Made by a program: the position numbers and the translations under genes. From assembly GCA_937861115.1 (NCBI GenBank), contig CALMBD010000011.1, positions 985 through 64,984 of the forward strand: 64,000 nt of DNA, in the 5' to 3' direction. Source of the stretch: an uncultured Bacteroidota bacterium. Lineage in GTDB: Bacteria > Bacteroidota > Bacteroidia > Chitinophagales > Saprospiraceae. Each line of letters opens with the position of its first letter. Position 1 is the first letter of the stretch. Below the pieces are notes generated by a model. It did not search any database, had not been told where the DNA came from, and saw nothing but the letters and a program-made list of their open reading frames with translations. Shown in pieces: positions 62,599 to 64,000 of the stretch.

Positions 62599-63153
62599 AT
62601 GTATAAGCATCTTTTTCTCATTTCCCTTTTGACCCTTGCCGCCGCCGTCGTTCAGGCCCGATCCTCTACCATCACTGCTACACCGGTAGATATCGCGCAA
62701 AGGACTTATGCAGGCGCCGAACAAAACTTTAGCGCCGTTGGCACAAATAACTACGACAAAGAATACCATGGTTGTGAATGCCATAAGTGCCAAAAAGGTA
62801 AAAAAGGCAAAAAAGGCAAAGGGCACCACAGCAAACATTCCTGCTCCTGTCACCATGGCTGTAAAAACAACAACGGACACAACCGGAACGACGACCGCTG
62901 CCGCCACGGCAGAAATGACCGCGACGACAATGACTGCCGCTATTCAAATCGCAGGAGACAAGACGACACAAACAGGCGTTACGAAGAAAATAGCCGCGGC
63001 CAAAGTCAAGGCAGCCGGGGAAATAGCCGGGCAGGTCAGCACACCTCGAAAGCCAAAGTCAAAACCCGGCCGGTGTCCGCGTCAAATCCGACTTCTTCGC
63101 CATCAAGGGTGCAAAAAAGGAAGGCACCTGCCCCTTTTAGCAAGAGAAGTTAA
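62599..63153 (+). CDS. Cys/His-rich, highly basic low-complexity secreted protein (hypothetical)
   Basis: The start is at the signal peptide MYKHLFLISLLTLAAAVVQA. It continues ...EYHGCECHKCQKGKKGKKGKGHHSKHSCSCHHGCKNNNGHNRNDDRCRHGRNDRDDNDCRY... Other frames are also open across this low-complexity DNA, so coding status is uncertain. Confidence 0.45.
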   Translation: MYKHLFLISLLTLAAAVVQARSSTITATPVDIAQRTYAGAEQNFSAVGTNNYDKEYHGCECHKCQKGKKGKKGKGHHSKHSCSCHHGCKNNNGHNRNDDRCRHGRNDRDDNDCRYSNRRRQDDTNRRYEENSRGQSQGSRGNSRAGQHTSKAKVKTRPVSASNPTSSPSRVQKRKAPAPFSKRS

Positions 63154-63284
63154 TGTTGTTCGCCCTGCCGGTGTCTTTTGACCGAGATCAATCATCTCTG
63201 GTGACGGGAAGAACCCGGGACATTTGGATTTACTGACTTTTGACGGGTCGGAAGGCAGCGCCAGGCTGGGTCGCTAATTCTATA

Positions 63285-63320
63285 CAAGGCATTGAAAATT
63301 AATTAATTTTCAATGCCTTG
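63285..63320. terminator. Perfect 36-nt palindrome, probably a bidirectional terminator between convergent genes
   Basis: CAAGGCATTGAAAATTAATTAATTTTCAATGCCTTG is its own reverse complement. It is followed by GTTGTTTTATTG. Confidence 0.6.
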
Positions 63321-63347
63321 GTTGTTTTATTGTATTTGTTTTTGGGG

Positions 63348-64000
63348 TTACTTTCCAATACAAAACTTCCCAAATATATTCCCCAGCAAATCCTCCACCC
63401 CTATTTCCCCCGTGATCTCGCCCAGAAAATTCAGCGACCGCCGGATGTCCATGGCCACAAAATCGCCGGTGATGCCGGTGTCCAGACTGGTCAGGACATC
63501 GGCCAGCGCTTCGTCGGCACGGCGCAGGGCGTCGTAGTGGCGGGCGTTGGTGACGATGGTGTCGTCCACGTTGATGTCGCCGCCGGCGACGGTTTCGAAG
63601 AGTTTTTCTTTCAGGTAGGGGATGTTTTGCTGGTGTTTTGCCGAAATGGGGACGATTTGCTCCGGCGAAAGAAAGCCGGCGAAGGCCGAGAGGTCGGCGG
63701 GCGGATCGCCCAGCAGGTAGGGATGGATGCCGGGCTGCACGGGATCGGTCAGCCAGCCGGCCTGGAAAAGCGGGTTTCGGTCCATTTTATTGCAAATGAC
63801 GAGCAGTTTTACGCCCTCCGCATCCAGACTGCGCAGGTCGGCAAACAACTCGGCAAGCGTCATGCCGCCGGTCACATCCCAGACATAACACAACACCGAC
63901 GCCTCGCGCACCTTCTCCATCGTGCGCTGCACACCGAGGACTTCGATCTGGTCCTGCGCTTCCCGGATACCTGCCGTGTCGATGAGCCGAAACTGCACCC
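63348..64000 (-). CDS. mnmE: tRNA modification GTPase MnmE (TrmE). Only the C-terminal part is present and the N-terminus runs off the right edge.
   Basis: IDTAGIREA.D.IE..GV.RT is the G-domain, NKMD is the G4 motif, and the diagnostic C-terminus is ...LLGNIFGKFCIGK. The reading frame stays open to nt 64000. Confidence 0.85.
   Translation of the reverse strand, partial: VQFRLIDTAGIREAQDQIEVLGVQRTMEKVREASVLCYVWDVTGGMTLAELFADLRSLDAEGVKLLVICNKMDRNPLFQAGWLTDPVQPGIHPYLLGDPPADLSAFAGFLSPEQIVPISAKHQQNIPYLKEKLFETVAGGDINVDDTIVTNARHYDALRRADEALADVLTSLDTGITGDFVAMDIRRSLNFLGEITGEIGVEDLLGNIFGKFCIGK

Noticed and set aside
62539-63181. Alternative-frame ORFs 62708-63181 (plus) and 62539-62907 (minus) over the Cys/His-rich gene
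   Set aside because: Neither has a signal peptide or start context as good as the 62599 frame. Low-complexity DNA keeps several frames open. I kept them as a caveat on the 62599-63153 call rather than calling them as genes.
1-64000. Search for mobile elements, prophage, integrons, rRNA or a defence island
   Set aside because: I recognised no transposase, integrase, recombinase, phage structural gene, restriction enzyme, cas gene, reverse transcriptase or rRNA-like sequence in any frame. The only accessory-looking block is the small TA islet at 48365-49092.

Overview
This is a 64-kb chromosomal segment, roughly 55-58% GC by eye, and almost certainly from a Bacteroidota genome. The phylum call rests on four things: eight proteins end in T9SS type-A C-terminal sorting domains, there is a ribosomal protein THX gene, there are DUF4783/DUF4834/DUF2147-type small proteins, and TAnnTTTG -7 promoter boxes sit 24-80 nt upstream of many start codons.

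I call about 51 protein genes and one tRNA-Gln(UUG). I saw no rRNA, CRISPR array, transposase, integrase or phage genes.

Content:
- Housekeeping and metabolism: recQ (5' part, running off the left edge), fadD-like acyl-CoA ligase, glutaminase, AMP nucleosidase, pterin dehydratase plus aminotransferase, FKBP and cyclophilin PPIases, and mnmE (3' part, running off the right edge).
- Envelope and transport: an RND pump plus TolC without an adjacent adaptor gene, LysE, EamA, a NupG-like permease, an Omp85-like protein, and SPOR and fasciclin proteins.
- Glycoside hydrolases: GH2 beta-mannosidase, a GH3/beta-lactamase fusion, GH20 hexosaminidase and a beta-helix protein.
- A striking load of secreted T9SS cargo: M43 and M1 peptidases, two tandem ~1200-aa reprolysin-like/P-domain giants, a vWA protein, and a CxxCH reeler-like plus HmuY-like pair.
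- One small low-GC toxin-antitoxin islet (UPF0175 + DUF3368/PIN-like).

Many long ORFs in the supplied track are antisense shadows of real genes in this GC-rich DNA, and I rejected them. Several track ORFs needed their starts trimmed to the Met in front of a signal peptide.

I did not find a clear-cut, self-evident novel multi-gene system such as a defence island. The most interesting leads are:
- the tandem giant metalloprotease-like paralogs, one of which has a His-to-Gln change in the zinc motif;
- the CxxCH/HmuY-like T9SS gene pair, which is flanked by unusual palindromic DNA;
- a peroxiredoxin-fold protein whose peroxidatic Cys is replaced by Trp;
- a Cys/His-rich, highly basic secreted protein;
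- a pirin with a Tat-like leader;
- several unusually perfect or G-tract-rich inverted repeats.

All family assignments come from motif recognition by eye. No database search was run.
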